Shown here: piece by piece, positions 48,811 through 64,000 of the stretch | How the letters are laid out: every line of letters starts with the position of its first letter | Numbering within the stretch: position 1 is the first letter of the stretch | Origin: Antedon mediterranea | Lineage: Eukaryota; Animalia; Echinodermata | Length of the DNA stretch: 64,000 bases | NCBI RefSeq assembly: GCF_964355755.1 | Contig: NC_092672.1 | Coordinates: forward strand, 23,697,237 to 23,761,236 | Direction: 5' to 3' | Notes under the pieces: model-generated | The model's database searches: none | What the model was told of the DNA's origin: nothing | Seen by the model: only the letters and a program-made list of their open reading frames with translations | Translations under genes and position numbers: made by a program

Positions 48811-51800
48811 AAAACAAGTAATTACTAATACACAACCCAGGGTATAGATACTAATATCTATATAGGCCTATATTAAAACAAGTAATTACTAATACACAAC
48901 CCAGGGTATAGATACTAATATCTATATAGGCCTATATTAAAACAAGTAATTACTAATACACAACCCAGGGTATAAATACTAATATCTATATAGGCCTATA
49001 TTAAAACAAGTAATTACTAATACACAACCCAGGGTATAGATACTAATATCTATATAGGCCTATATTAACACAAGTAATTACTAATACACAACCCAGGGTA
49101 TAGATACTAATATCTATATAGGCCTATATTAACACAAGTAATTACTAATACACAACCCAGGGTATAGATACTAATATCTATATAGGCCTATATTAAAACA
49201 AGTAATTACTAATACACAACCCAGGGTATAGATACTAATATCTATATAGGCCTATATTAACACAAGTAATTACTAATACACAACCCAGGGTATAGATACT
49301 AATATCTATATAGGCCTATATTAAAACAAGTAATTACTAATACACAACCCAGGGTATAGATACTAATATCTATATAGGCCTATATTAAAACAAGTAATTA
49401 CTAATACACAACCCAGGGTATAGATACTAATATCTATATAGGCCTATATTAAAACAAGTAATTACTAATACACAACCCAGGGTATAGATACTAATATCTA
49501 TATAGGCCTATATTAACACAAGTAATTACTAATACACAACCCAGGGTATAGATACTAATATCTATATAGGCCTATATTAACACAAGTAATTACTAATACA
49601 CAACCCAGGGTATAGATACTAATATCTATATAGGCCTATATTAACACAAGTAATTACTAATACACAACCCAGGGTATAGATACTAATATCTATATAGGCC
49701 TATATTAAAACAAGTAATTACTAATACACAACCCAGGGTATAGATACTAATATCTATATAGGCCTATATTAAAACAAGTAATTACTAATACACAACCCAG
49801 GGTATAGATACTAATATCTATATAGGCATATATTAAAACAAGTAATTACTAATACACAACCCAGGGTATAGATACTAATATCTATATAGGCCTATATTAA
49901 CACAAGTAATTACTAATACACAACCCAGGGTATAGATACTAATATCTATATAGGCCTATATTAACACAAGTAATTACTAATACACAACCCAGGGTATAGA
50001 TACTAATATCTATATAGGCCTATATTAACACAAGTAATTACTAATACACAACCCAGGGTATAGATACTAATATCTATATAGGCCTATATTAAAACAAGTA
50101 ATTACTAATACACAACCCAGGGTATAGATACTAATATCTATATAGGCCTATATTAAAACAAGTAATTACTAATACACAACCCAGGGTATAGATACTAATA
50201 TCTATATAGGCCTATATTAACACAACTAATTACTAATACACAACCCAGGGTATAGATACTAATATCTATATAGGCCAAAAATAAAACAAGTAATTACTAA
50301 TACACAACCCAGGGTATAGATACTAATATCTATATAGGCCTATATTAAAACAAGTAATTACTAATACACAACCCAGGGTATAGATACTAATATCTATATA
50401 GGCCTATATTAAAACAAGTAATTACTAATACACAACCCAGGGTATAGATACTAATATCTATATAGGCCTATATTAACACAAGTAATTACTAATACACAAC
50501 CCAGGGTATAGATACTAATATCTATATAGGCCTATATTAAAACAAGTAATTACTAATACACAACCCAGGGTATAGATACTAATATCTATATAGGCCTATA
50601 TTAAAACAAGTAATTACTAATACACAACCCAGGGTATAGATACTAATATCTATATAGGCCTATATTAACACAACTAATTACTAATACACAACCCAGGGTA
50701 TAAATACTAATATCTATATAGGCCAAAAATAAAACAAGTAATTACTAATACACAACCCAGGGTATAGATACTAATATCTATATAGGCCTATATTAAAACA
50801 AGTAATTACTAATACACAACCCAGGGTATAGATACTAATATCTATATAGGCCTATATTAAAACAAGTAATTACTAATACACAACCCAGGGTATAGATACT
50901 AATATCTATATAGGCCTATATTAACACAAGTAATTACTAATACACAACCCAGGGTATAGATACTAATATCTATATAGGCCTATATTAAAACAAGTAATTA
51001 CTAATACACAACCCAGGGTATAGATACTAATATCTATATAGGCCTATATTAAAACAAGTAATTACTAATACACAACCCAGGGTATAGATACTAATATCTA
51101 TATAGGCCTATATTAACACAAGTAATTACTAATACACAACCCTGGGTATAGATACTAATATCTATATAGGCCTATATTAAAACAAGTAATTACTAATACA
51201 CAACCCAGGGTATAGATACTAATATCTATATAGGCCTATATTAACACAAGTAATTACTAATACACAACCCAGGGTATAGATACTAATATCTATATAGGCC
51301 TATATTAAAACAAGTAATTACTAATACACAACCCAGGGTATAGATACTAATATCTATATAGGCCTATATTAACACAAGTAATTACTAATACACAACCCAG
51401 GGTATAGATACTAATATCTATATAGGCCTATATTAACACAAGTAATTACTAATACACAACCCAGGGTATAGATACTAATATCTATATAGGCCTATATTAA
51501 AACAAGTAATTACTAATACACAACCCAGGGTATAGATACTAATATCTATATAGGCCTATATTAACACAAGTAATTACTAATACACAACCCAGGGTATAGA
51601 TACTAATATCTATATAGGCCTATATTAACACAAGTAATTACTAATACACAACCCAGGGTATAGATACTAATATCTATATAGGCCTATATTAACACAAGTA
51701 ATTACTAATACACAACCCAGGGTATAGATACTAATATCTATATAGGCCTATATTAAAACAAGTAATTACTAATACACAACCCAGGGTATAGATACTAATA

Positions 51801-54800
51801 TCTATATAGGCCTATATTAACACAAGTAATTACTAATACACAACCCAGGGTATAGATACTAATATCTATATAGGCCTATATTAACACAAGTAATTACTAA
51901 TACACAACCCAGGCTAGATACTAATATCTATATAGGCCTATATTAAAACAAGTAATTACTAATACACAACCCAGGGTATAGATACTAATATCTATATAGG
52001 CCTATATTAAAACAAGTTATTACTAATACACAACCCAGGGTATAGATACTAATATCTATATAGGCCTATATTAACACAAGTAATTACTAATACACAACCC
52101 AAGGTATAGATACTAATATCTATATAGGCCTATATTAAAACAAGTAATTACTAATACACAACCCAGGGTATAGATACTAATATCTATATAGGCCTATATT
52201 AAAACAAGTAATTACTAATACACAACCCAAGGTATAGATACTAATATCTATATAGGCCTATATTAACACAAGTAATTACTAATACACAACCCAGGGTATA
52301 GATACTAATATCTATATAGGCCTATATTAACACAAGTAATTACTAATACACAACCCAGGGTATAGATACTAATATCTATATAGGCCTATATTAAAACAAG
52401 TAATTACTAATACACAACCCAGGGTATAGATACTAATATCTATATAGGCCTATATTAAAACAAGTAATTACTAATACAAAACCCAGGGTATAGATACTAA
52501 TATCTATATAGGCCTATATTAAAACAAGTAATTACTAATACACAACCCAGGGTATAGATACTAATATCTATATAGGCCTATATTAAAACAAGTAATTACT
52601 AATACACAACCCAGGGTATAGATACTAATATCTATATAGGCCTATATTAACACAAGTAATTACTAATACACAACCCAGGGTATAGATACTAATATCTATA
52701 TAGGCCTATATTAAAACAAGTAATTACTAATACACAACCCAGGGTATAGATACTAATATCTATATAGGCCTATATTAAAACAAGTAATTACTAATACACA
52801 ACCCAGGGTATAGATACTAATATCTATATAGGCCTATATTAAAACAAGTAATTACTAATACACAACCCAGGGTATAGATACTAATATCTATATAGGCCTA
52901 TATTAAAACAAGTAATTACTAATACACAACCCAGGGTATAGATACTAATATCTATATAGGCCTATATTAACACAAGTAATTACTAATACACAACCCAGGG
53001 TAAAGATACTAATATCTATATAGGCCTATATTAAAACAAGTAATTACTAAAACACAACCCAGGGTATAGATACTAATATCTATATAGGCCTATATTAAAA
53101 CAAGTAATTACTAATACACAACCCAGGGTATAGATACTAATATCTATATAGGCCTATATTAAAACAAGTAATTACTAATACACAACCCAGGGTATAGCTA
53201 CTAATATCTATATAGGTCTATATTAACACAAGTAATTACTAATACACAACCCAGGGTATAGATACTAATATCTATATAGGCCTATATTAAAACAAGTAAT
53301 TACTAATACACAACCCAGGGTATAGATACTAATATCTATATAGGCCTATATTAACACAAGTAATTACTAATACACAACCCAGGGTATAGATACTAATATC
53401 TATATAGGCCTATATTAAAACAAGTAATTACTAATACACAACCCAGGGTATAGCTACTAATATCTATATAGGCCTATATTAAAACAAGTAATTACTAATA
53501 CACAACCCAGGGTATAGATACTAATATCTATATAGGCCTATATTAACACAAGTAATTACTAATACACAACCCAGGGTATAGATACTAATATCTATATAGG
53601 CCTATATTAACACAAGTAATTACTAATACACAACCCAGGGTATAGATACTAATATCTATATAGGTCTATATTAACACAAGTAATTACTAATACACAACCC
53701 AGGGTATAGATACTAATATCTATATAGGCCTATATTAAAACAAGTAATTACTAATACACAACCCAGGGTATAGATACTAATATCTATATAGGCCTATATT
53801 AAAACAAGTAATTACTAATACACAACCCAGGGTATAGATACTAATATCTATATAGGCCTATATTAAAACAAGTAATTACTAATACACAACCCAGGGTATA
53901 GATACTAATATCTATATAGGCCTATATTAAAACAAGTAATTACTAATACACAACCCAGGGTATAGATACTAATATCTATATAGGCCTATATTAACACAAG
54001 TAATTACTAATACACAACCCAGGGTATAGATACTAATATATATATAGGCCTATATTAAAACAAGTAATTACTAATACACAACCCAGGGTATAGATACTAA
54101 TATCTATATAGGCCTATATTAAAACAAGTAATTACTAATACACAACCCTGGGTATAGATACTAATATCTATATAGGCCTATATTAACACAAGTAATTACT
54201 AATACACAACCCAGGGTATAGATACTAATATCTATATAGGCCTATATTAACACAAGTAATTACTAATACACAACCCAGGGTATAGATACTAATATCTATA
54301 TAGGCCTATATTAAAACAAGTAATTACTAATACACAACCCAGGGTATAGATACTAATATCTATATAGGCCTATATTAAAACAAGTAATTACTAATACACA
54401 ACCCAGGGTATAGATACTAATATCTATATAGGCCTATATTAAAACAAGTAATTACTAATACACAACCCAGGGTATAGATACTAATATCTATATAGGCCTA
54501 TATTAAAACAAGTAATTACTAATACACAACCCAGGCTAGATACTAATATCTATATAGGCCTATATTAAAACAAGTAATTACTAATACACAACCCTGGGTA
54601 TAGATACTAATATCTATATAGGCCTATATTAACACAAGTAATTACTAATACACAACCCAGGGTATAGATACTAATATCTATATAGGCCTATATTAACACA
54701 AGTAATTACTAATACACAACCCAGGGTATAGATACTAATATCTATATAGGCCTATATTAACACAAGTAATTACTAATACACTACCCAGGGTATAGATACT

Positions 54801-55018
54801 AATATCTATATAGGCCTATATTAAAACAAGTAATTACTAATACACAACCCAGGGTATAGATACTAATATCTATATAGGCCTATATTAACACAAGTAATTA
54901 CTAATACACAACCCTGGGTATAGATACTAATATCTATATAGGCCTATATTAACACAAGTAATTACTAATACACAACCCAGGGTCTAGATACTAATATCTA
55001 TATAGGCCTATATTAACA
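48811..55018. repeat. Second 64-bp satellite array, ~97 copies
   Basis: Same unit; rare variants occur in the same order as in array 1; same right-hand flank. Confidence 0.98.
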
Positions 55019-56494
55019 GCAACAAAAAAAATTTTGGACTGAAAAAGCTATACAACATATTTCTATATATTACAAATAACATGAGAAAATGCAAATTTCA
55101 ACTATTATTTTGAAACACTACACAGAAATTACATGATGCCCCCACGATAATTTTAATGGAAATAGCAAGAGCAACATTTCAACCAACCATGCCTGCACCC
55201 TGGTTGCTTTAAAGTGTTACCATCGGAGTTATAGCTCTTTGAAAAACATACACAAATTCCCATGTATGGAATTCCTGAAGAAAAACACCCATAAGAAAAA
55301 TAATGGTATTTTCTAAATTCAATAATTGATTTACGTAAATTTTGTTTTACATTAGAGCAAGATTAGTACAAAAAGATTTCACAAAAACAATTCACAAATT
55401 CTGTGCCATATCTAAATAAGGACAAAATTCACATGCCAAAATCACACCTTTTACCATGGCAACCATTACTTTTTTTTTCAAAAATATTTCAGTTTTGTTA
55501 TATTTAAGTGTGAATAATTACCAAAGTATGAAGAAAATTCATTTTTTGGCATTTGGCCACATTATGTTGATATTTGTAGTCAACCGCTCTTAAGACTTAG
55601 AAGATGTGCTTACATCCTCAAAAATGCACTCTCGTAGACGTCATTTTAGATGACCAACAATTCTCCAATCAAATGACAAGAATTCGAGTAACTGACCTCA
55701 ACTGACCGGCACACAAACAATTTCTATTGTTTCGGGACTGAAAGAAACCGAATGCAACTTTAAATCATGTCACACGTGCAGTAAGGGTGACCACGACCAT
55801 ATAAGCTTACCTTACAGACGGTCAGAATGCACATACAGTCTTATGACTTATTTCCAATGGAATGGTGCCGGGAACACACCCAAAGTTTGAATCTGTAAAT
55901 GATCCTAAATGCATGGGACATAAAAATAACAAACTTAAATCATATTTCTGAGAATTATTTTTATTTACTGAAATTATATTGTTAGTTTTACATGATTTCT
56001 TTATAATAAAATTTAAAATTTGGATAATTTCATATTCATTGACATGAAACTTACTCATGCGTGAAAACCTAATCAAAGCTGAAAGAGCTCCACAAAGACT
56101 CTGAATTCTTACAGTGTAATGGATGTTAAGTTTTATTGTACAACAATTGTATTATTGTTTGTATTGTGAATACAAATTGGTACGACAGCACACGCATGTA
56201 AAAAATTGAATTGTATCAATATTCATTATTCTTTCAACATATACAGTAGACAATATGCGGCATTTGACACAACCTTGATACTGGTGGTAGTTCCTGGATT
56301 AACATACTTAATCCTGACATGAACTGTATTATAACCCAACTGGACCATGACACAGCAAACCAAGTAACACAATACGTGGCTGAGAACTACGTGACTGAGA
56401 ACTACGTGATGAGAACATCTTTCTTTCTGTGTCATCCATCTTCATTTTTCTTTGTACCATACAGTAGACCATTTGCAGTGATTGAGACTAAAGG

Positions 56495-59400
56495 TTATAG
56501 CCTAACTGGACCATGATACAGCAAACCAAGTAACGCAATACCAAAAGCTATATCAACTGCAGGAGTTGTTGCAACTTGCACAAACTTGTTAATGATGGTA
56601 GTAGTTTCTTGATTTACAGGCTCCTCTTCAACACATCTACCATTCTGGTGCTCACTAACTATTGGTTTATGTGTACCACATTGTTCATTTGAGCTCTTCT
56701 GAGATATTTCATCTTTCTTTTGTTCAATGTATACTATTGTATTTCCCTCACTTCTACCACTATTACAGTTCAGGTTACCATTTTCATGAAATTGTATTCT
56801 ATAATTGTTATTTAAATTTTCTGGTTCTACAATTTCATTGATGCTTTTATCGGTAAACTTATTTCTCTTGTCCTGATCTTCAACTTCTTTACTGGTAAAC
56901 TTATCTCTCTTGTCTTGATCTTCAACTTCTTTACTGGTAAACTTATCTCTCTTGTCTTGATCTTCAACTTCTTTGGTGGTAAACTTATCTCTCTTGTCTT
57001 GATCTTCAACTTCTTTACTGGTAAACTTATCTCTCTTGTCTTGATCTTCAACTTCTTTACTGGTAAACTTATCTCTCTTGTCTTGATCTTCAACTTCTTT
57101 ACTGGTAAACTTATCTCTCTTGTCTTGATCTTCAACTTCTTTACTGGTAAACTTATCTCTCTTGTCTTGATCTTCAACTTCTTTACTGGTAAACTTATCT
57201 CTCTTGTCTTGATCTTCAACTTCTTTACTGGTAAACTTATCTCTATTGTCTTGATCTTCAACTTCTTTGGTGCCATTGCTTGAACTAATCACTGACAGGT
57301 TACTGTTATCCAATGATACTGCTGACAGTATACCTTCTGTTAATATGCTATTGTTTTGTTGCGATTGTTCATCATTGCATTCTTGCACATCAGAATCAGC
57401 AAACTGGTAAAAATAAATGTTAAATTGTATTAAGAAAAAAAAATATTAGATTAAAAATCATAAACTGAATGTTTATGATTTGAATACGGAGAATATTTCA
57501 TGAAAATTAACTGATTGACCATTTAATGAGGCGGAACCAAGCACAGGCAATCTCTCAGTAAATGAAATATACTCTATTCAACATTATTAGTTTTATAGCA
57601 CAGTACATATGATGATGTGTTAATTTAACATTAAAGTAAGTACATGTAAATGAGGATGTGTTAGTGATGAAGGAACATAAATACTTCACATTGTAAAGTT
57701 TGTTGGTGCAGCGAAGATTGAAAATTGCTAGTTTTAAGTAAAGGCCTACCTCGTCTGAATTCAATTCATTTAATTGTTCATCTAACTTGCGTTGGTGTAA
57801 ACGAATTGAATATCCAATCATAGCATACTGTATGACACGTGCTGCCTCATGTCGTCTCTTTACATCTTCTCTCACCTTCCAGCCTCTAAAACCTACAACA
57901 TATCAATTCTAATTAGTGACAATTAGTGGCTTGGTTTGGTAACAGCATGATGCCTGCAAGATATTTGGCAAAACACTATTACAATCAATACCTGCTTGAA
58001 TGATGACCACAGCTGCCTCTTGTTTACTTTTGGTTGCCAGGATCTTCCTCCACCATATCTGTATTACACCAGCACTTAAATTGAATTCCTTCAATCTTGC
58101 AACTTCAAGTTTATCCAACTAAATAAAAAATAACGGAATATAATAAATATACAATGATGCAGATTCTTACTTATTTTTTTACACTGACAAGCTAAAAACA
58201 AAAAACAACTTTTTCATAATGTTATAAGATAGCAATTTTACTGATTTTCAATGACTTACACACTTACACTTTAACTGGGTAATAATTTTTAATAAAATGG
58301 TATTTTTTAAATTGTGTCAAATTGATTGTTCTTCTGATTTATATTTGTATACTTTTTTGAAAAAGAAAAAAGCCTCAATTTTACATAATTATTTAGTCAA
58401 TTTTGGTGAATTTCCTATCTTATTATTAAGTTATACTACAAAAATATTCCTGTAGCATGACTTTTAAAAATAAAGGTTTATTTCACGACACTCATTCTGC
58501 TCTACTGCAAAGGTTTATATTATACAGATATTGCCTGCTTAGAGGTGAAATATAAAAATTGACATCCCCAAGGGAATGATATTTTTCTCGAGGAACTATA
58601 TATTACATCTGTTATATTAAAATATGTAGAAAAGTTTAAGTTGACTTAACTGGGTTGGCTAGCCTAAGTAATAAGACTGCCTAGTTCACCTTACCTTGCC
58701 TAAGTAATAAGACTGCCTAGTTCACCTTACCTTGGCGAAAAATGACTATAAAGTCAAATAATTGCTAATGATTCCTTTGCCATAAAATATTCACTTAAAC
58801 TAATTAAAATTTAATTTATTCTACTGCAAATAAAAAATAATTAAATTATTATTAAACTACTTTTAAGTACCTGTCCCTCTCTTAGGAATATCTTTGTTTT
58901 TCCAAACAAAAAGCTTTTCATTTCTTTGTCTGCTTCAGCTAAAACCAGATTCGTAATAACAGCACATTTACTTTTTGTATCCAAATCTTTTACATCTTCT
59001 GAGTTTGACCTTATTCATAATTCATACCTCTTAAGAAAATCACGGTACAACATTCTATAAGAAAATTGTCATTATCGTTGAGAATCAAGTATAACAAACA
59101 ACACACTGGCAAGTATGTTAGTAGGTGTTTAACATGTACAGTATACACAGGGATATATATAGTATATATTATAAACAACACACTGGCAAGTATGTTAGTA
59201 GGTGTTTAAACATGTACAGTATGCACAGGAATATATATAGTATATATTATAAACATCACACTGGCAAGTATGTTAGTAGGTGTTCAACATGTACAGTATG
59301 TACAGGGATATATATAGTATATATTATAAACAACACACTGGCAAGTATGTTAGTAGGTGTTCAATATGTACAGTATGCACAGGGATATATATAGTATATA

Positions 59401-61052
59401 TTATAAACAACACACTGGCAAGTATGTTAGTAGGTGTTTAACATGTACAGTATGTACAGGGATATATAGAGTATATATTATAAACAACACACTGGCAAGT
59501 ATGTTAGTAGGTGTTCAACATGTACAGTATGTACAGGGATATATATAGTATATAATATAAACATCACAGGCACAGAATAAATTCTATACCGCCCGGAGAT
59601 ATACTGAAATTTAATTAATTAATTTGAAACGATAAAGATGAGGAAATCTGTGAGAATGAGAAAAAGTTTCCCCCACTGAGATTCAAACCCGGAACCTTCT
59701 GCTTAATATGCAGACATCCTAACCATTAGACCACTAGGGCTTTCATGGTATTGTTCAAACTAGATTGGATAGCAATAACACTCTCGGTGTGGTACGGCGG
59801 AACAGCACTAGTTCCTCAGTTGTACGCACGCGCACTAGAGATCAAATTGATACGCCCTCATCTTTTAGTATTAAGTCCTAGAGCAAGCTATTTGATTGGT
59901 AATAGTAAAAAATACAATAAAGATACAAATTACGACGCACAACGATTTTGGTTTTTGCCTAATTATTCAATATCGAAAATTTTTAGCCAGCGTATCAAAC
60001 AAAAACAAATAGCTGTTAGCTGACCTGGTAGGGAAGAAGCCTAATGTACTGATCTGAATTGTTTCAAGTGAACTTAACTAACAAGGGTATCAACCAGTCA
60101 TAGATGGGTGCATTGTTAGTATAAAAAGAACACAAAACAATAGCTGTAAGCTGACCTGGTAGGGAAGCCTGTTGCACTGATCTGAATTGTTTCAAGTGAA
60201 CTTAACTAACAAGGGTATCAACCAGTCATAGATGGGTGCATTGTTAGTATAAAAAGAACACAAAACAATAGCTGTAAGCTGACCTGGTAGAGAAGCCTGT
60301 TGCACTAATCTGAATTGTTTCAAGAACACAGCAAGCACGTAGTTGATTTATAACATGAACATTATCAAAGCTGTCTGGTTGACATTCAAGACTTGGTTTG
60401 ATACAGCGGATGTAGTGAGGTGTTGTTTCATGTAAAGTAGCCATAAGACTGTCCAATGAATTCTAAGATACAATTGTTAGATTGTTACCACAAAGATTAC
60501 ATGTAAAAACTAAATGGTATCAACCAAAATATGTAAGTAAGTACATACAAAATGGATTGAGGAAATATGTCTGATAATCCAAAAATAAAATATCTTGCAT
60601 ATATTATTATGTTACATTTTCAATAGAAGGAAAAAAAAATTATTGTGAAATAATAATAATTTGAGTGATCTTGCAAATGTTTATTTGATTTATTTCAGCA
60701 TCATAACAAACAATTTACAGATAAAATACAATTAATATAATATACAGGAAACAAAATATGAAACATCAACAATATACAAAAACAGGGATGCCGAGGATAA
60801 CCCATAAAAGTCCTTGTTTCCCTGTTTCTCCTCCTTTCAAGAAAAAAAAAGATAAAGAAAGCAAAAACAACAACAAAGCAAACACCTATCTAAATTCTAA
60901 AGCAAGAGCTCAGTCTTGAAGCTATTTTTCCATACTAAATTCATCAAGATTCTAAATTAAGTTTTGTATGAATTTCAATTTTCATGATTCTGTACCTTAA
61001 ATTTTGATACCACTGTAGAAGTAGTCTTTTTGCCTTTTGTTTTACTTGGATT
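56495..61052 (-). pseudogene. MYO19: Myosin XIX-like 3' exons, copy 2
   Basis: Exons 60996-61052, 60284-60462, 58871-59054 (same TGA at 59015-59017), 57992-58118, 57750-57892 (frame intact) and 56495-57403. Confidence 0.78.
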
Positions 61053-61186
61053 CTGCAAAAAAAATCATAAAATTAACCTATTTTAGGTTAAACAGAACTA
61101 TTGACATAACTGACAAGATGCAAAGGCATTATAAATATCACAAATTTATTCTTTGTTTAAAAGTTTCATGATGTAACATTGATGAA

Positions 61187-64000
61187 AGTAGTAAATAAGG
61201 TACTTCAGCCCAAAGTTAACCTTGAGGTATTTCCTGATTACGTAATATCCGCCAGGTGTTTCTAATGTGAGGATACTGTTGTTGTTCCAGGCAGTGATAT
61301 AGATGATCGTTACACGGATAGTCAGTCGTGGTTATAACAATGGTTAACAATGGGGATAGTATAAGACAATAGAGTATATCATTTCACTAGAATTGTTATA
61401 TAGATTTGTTATATATTAATATACATTATAATATAAAATTAATAAATATTAAATAAAAATGATATGGTAATTTAGTTGCTTGTGATGAGAACAAAATGGT
61501 TTACAATGGTTGAAGTCAATAGGTGTTATGTTTCGGATTATAATACAATGGTTAACATAGGGTAAGGAAGTGAGACAATATAGTTTTTGTAAGATTTGAA
61601 TTAGTCATAGAGTCAATAAAAATGCACCTGGTTAATTAAAACTAGTTAATTGAGGTTTTTGCTTGATGTATGCCGACATAATCCAAAGACATAAGTTATT
61701 TGATCCGGATATTATAACAATGACTAAAACAAAAAGATAAGAATGAATGAAGTTAAATAATAAGTATGTCTTGATTGAACTATACCGACAGGTAATTAAC
61801 CATCTTCCGGATTTGTTAACAAAGGGGATAAATCGAAAGCAGTGACACGGGGTGTTTGACATACTAAAGTTTAATGTGTAACGTCATGATGTTAGTTTCA
61901 CTATTTTCCATGATTTTTGTTTTCCAATGTTTAGTTTTATTTTCATTTAAATTGGTTACGTTTACGAAAAGATTTCTTTGTTTCCTTTTAAAATAAAACA
62001 AAAAGTGGGTAAAGAGGGACGCTACTGACTACAGCCTGACAGACTTAGCATATTCAACCAAAAACCAACAACTAGTTACTATGGGTTCCGTGATTGAACT
62101 TACTATGGACTGTGTGGGGAAGCTACTTAATGAAACAAAAGATACACGGCGCTTCGACCCAATGTTCCGACAGGAAATACAACAATGACAATTGGCTGAA
62201 ACAAATTCAGTAAATGCCAAATTTAATCCTTTGAATGTATATAACTCTCAAATATTTTGTCATCTTTACCTCATTCTACAACGCTACAGCCTGACAGACT
62301 TAGCATATTCAACCAAAAACCAACAACTAGTTACTATGGGTTCCGTGATTGAAATAATTGATCTTACTATGGACTCTGATGTCGAAGAAGATGTTATATA
62401 TATAAGCAGTGATTCAGAATTTGAAGACGAAGACATACTAGCTATGACTGGTGCCTATTTTACAGCAAAGGAGGAGGAAGAGATGAGGGAAGAGATGGGG
62501 GATATGACGTGTTTAATGGCGATTCAACCCCCACCTCCAATGAACGTTGATTTCAATAATGTATCTAATACTGAAGAAGACGAACATTATAGATCGAGAA
62601 TAATTTCTGAAGAGGAGAGGATTGTATACGACGACACGTCATCGGTAGTTGACTACCACCTATTTCTGGCAAGAAAAGCCGATGTAGAAGATGAGGTAGA
62701 AGATGGGGTGTTTGCGGAAGAGTACCTGAACCCTGTGCTGGAGGCGGAGATTAAGAAAGAAACTACCGAACTTGAGTACAAAGAGATAATGAGAACAATT
62801 GAGAAGGTTTTCATAGAAGAATTTATATTCATTCTGAAGGACATGGTTGAACGTTATAACTTTCACGGCTCAAGATATGAACAACTCCTAACATTTTTTC
62901 GACCAATTCTGGCATTGAAACTTGTGGACAATAGCGCTACCCATTTTGAATGGGCGCTAAACTACTTTCATTTACGTTGTATAAATGTTGATGCGTTTGC
63001 TAAAGCCATAAAGTTGATTACAAATGATTCAGAACTTTTTAATAAGATTCTTTACCAATTGTAATTTGTACAAATTTAAAATAATATCTTAACACTTTTT
63101 TTAATTAATGTTACATATTTTTATATTTCTTATTTCTTTTCGGTAAATTTATTATTATTATGGTTGTAAATTATATTGAAATAGAATATGTGTTAAAATA
63201 AAGGTTGTGTTTTTTCTTTTAAAAGCAACAACAACGAAAATGAATTTGATCTTTGCGTGTTATTTAAGTATTTTATTTATTTTTTTAATTTTCATTTGGG
63301 TGAATGAGGGTAATGAGTATGGATGAGTACTTAAGAAAAGTATATTATTACGATCCTAAGCATCCTGATAGTTTTGGTGGTGTGGACCGACTTTATCAAA
63401 ATGTAAAAATACGATTTAAATATTACCAAGAGACAAGTTCAAGACTGACTGAGCAAGCAAGATACATATACATTACACAAATCCATTCAACGTAAATTCA
63501 AACGAAACTGGGTACTTGTAAGTGTTATTGATGAACAATGGGGAATGGATTTGGAAAAATAACGTGTATAAAATTTGATTCAGACAAACTGTTTGACTTT
63601 AAATTTCCAAAAATCAAAGGAAGTCAATTTTGAAATAGTTGGTAGCATGGTACAAGGAATCGGACTGGAAAAAATAACAACAACTAATCCTAACAAAATA
63701 ACCCGTAAACCAAAATCTCACTCTCTACCATTAAAAATGGGTAGCGCTATTGTCCACAAGTTAAAATTGAAGTAGAACCCTGTAACTTCTTTCAAATAAT
63801 CTCGAAGATCTTTCAGGACCGGTGGCCATGGCAAGGCTGGTACTATATTGCCTGAATATTATGTTAAACCCGTATCACCATAAGAAACCTGTCAAGTTGA
63901 AACATACTATTAAAAATATGATAAAAGCAACAACAACGAAAATGAATTTGATCTTTGCGTGTTATTTAAGTATTTTATTTATTTTTTTAATTTTCATTTG
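61187..64000. mobile_element. Polinton/Maverick-like remnant, copy 2 (runs off the window)
   Basis: AGTAGT at 61187; integrase fragment 63319-63556; AlkB fragment 63763-63891. Confidence 0.75.
62336..63064 (+). CDS. Acidic SIM-motif protein, copy 2
   Basis: Same translation as 43688-44416. Confidence 0.65.
   Translation: MGSVIEIIDLTMDSDVEEDVIYISSDSEFEDEDILAMTGAYFTAKEEEEMREEMGDMTCLMAIQPPPPMNVDFNNVSNTEEDEHYRSRIISEEERIVYDDTSSVVDYHLFLARKADVEDEVEDGVFAEEYLNPVLEAEIKKETTELEYKEIMRTIEKVFIEEFIFILKDMVERYNFHGSRYEQLLTFFRPILALKLVDNSATHFEWALNYFHLRCINVDAFAKAIKLITNDSELFNKILYQL

Larger units (their letters stand above)
55019..64000. repeat. Copy 2 of the segmental duplication (runs off the window)
   Basis: Near-identical to 36369-45345. 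Confidence 0.97.

Overview
AT-rich eukaryotic (animal, probably marine invertebrate) genomic DNA with GT-AG introns; the taxon is inferred from gene and transposon content only. (1) 1.6-5.3 kb: an intact CR1/L2-group LINE ORF (APE endonuclease + RT, poly-A tail). Its N-terminal ~245 aa carry a signal-peptide-like start and a Cys-rich duplicated segment, ending in a 2A/StopGo motif (GDIEVNPG|P). (2) 6.3-21.2 kb, + strand: a multi-exon death-fold gene read as tandem DED - ZU5(HFT)/UPA-like - Ser/Thr micro-exon linker - tandem DED - degenerate death domain, built partly by internal duplication and interrupted by MITEs and a splice-donor minisatellite. (3) 23.1-26.9 kb: an Academ-type DNA transposon derivative folded into a 3.9-kb near-palindrome. 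(4) 27.9-64 kb: an ~18.65-kb tandem segmental duplication. Each unit holds a 64-bp satellite array, the 3' exons of a disrupted MYO19-like myosin, and a decayed Polinton/Maverick-like element with integrase, packaging-ATPase, AlkB, Bcl-2-like and SUMO-interacting-protein remnants. All homology calls are by-eye motif recognition; no database search was run.
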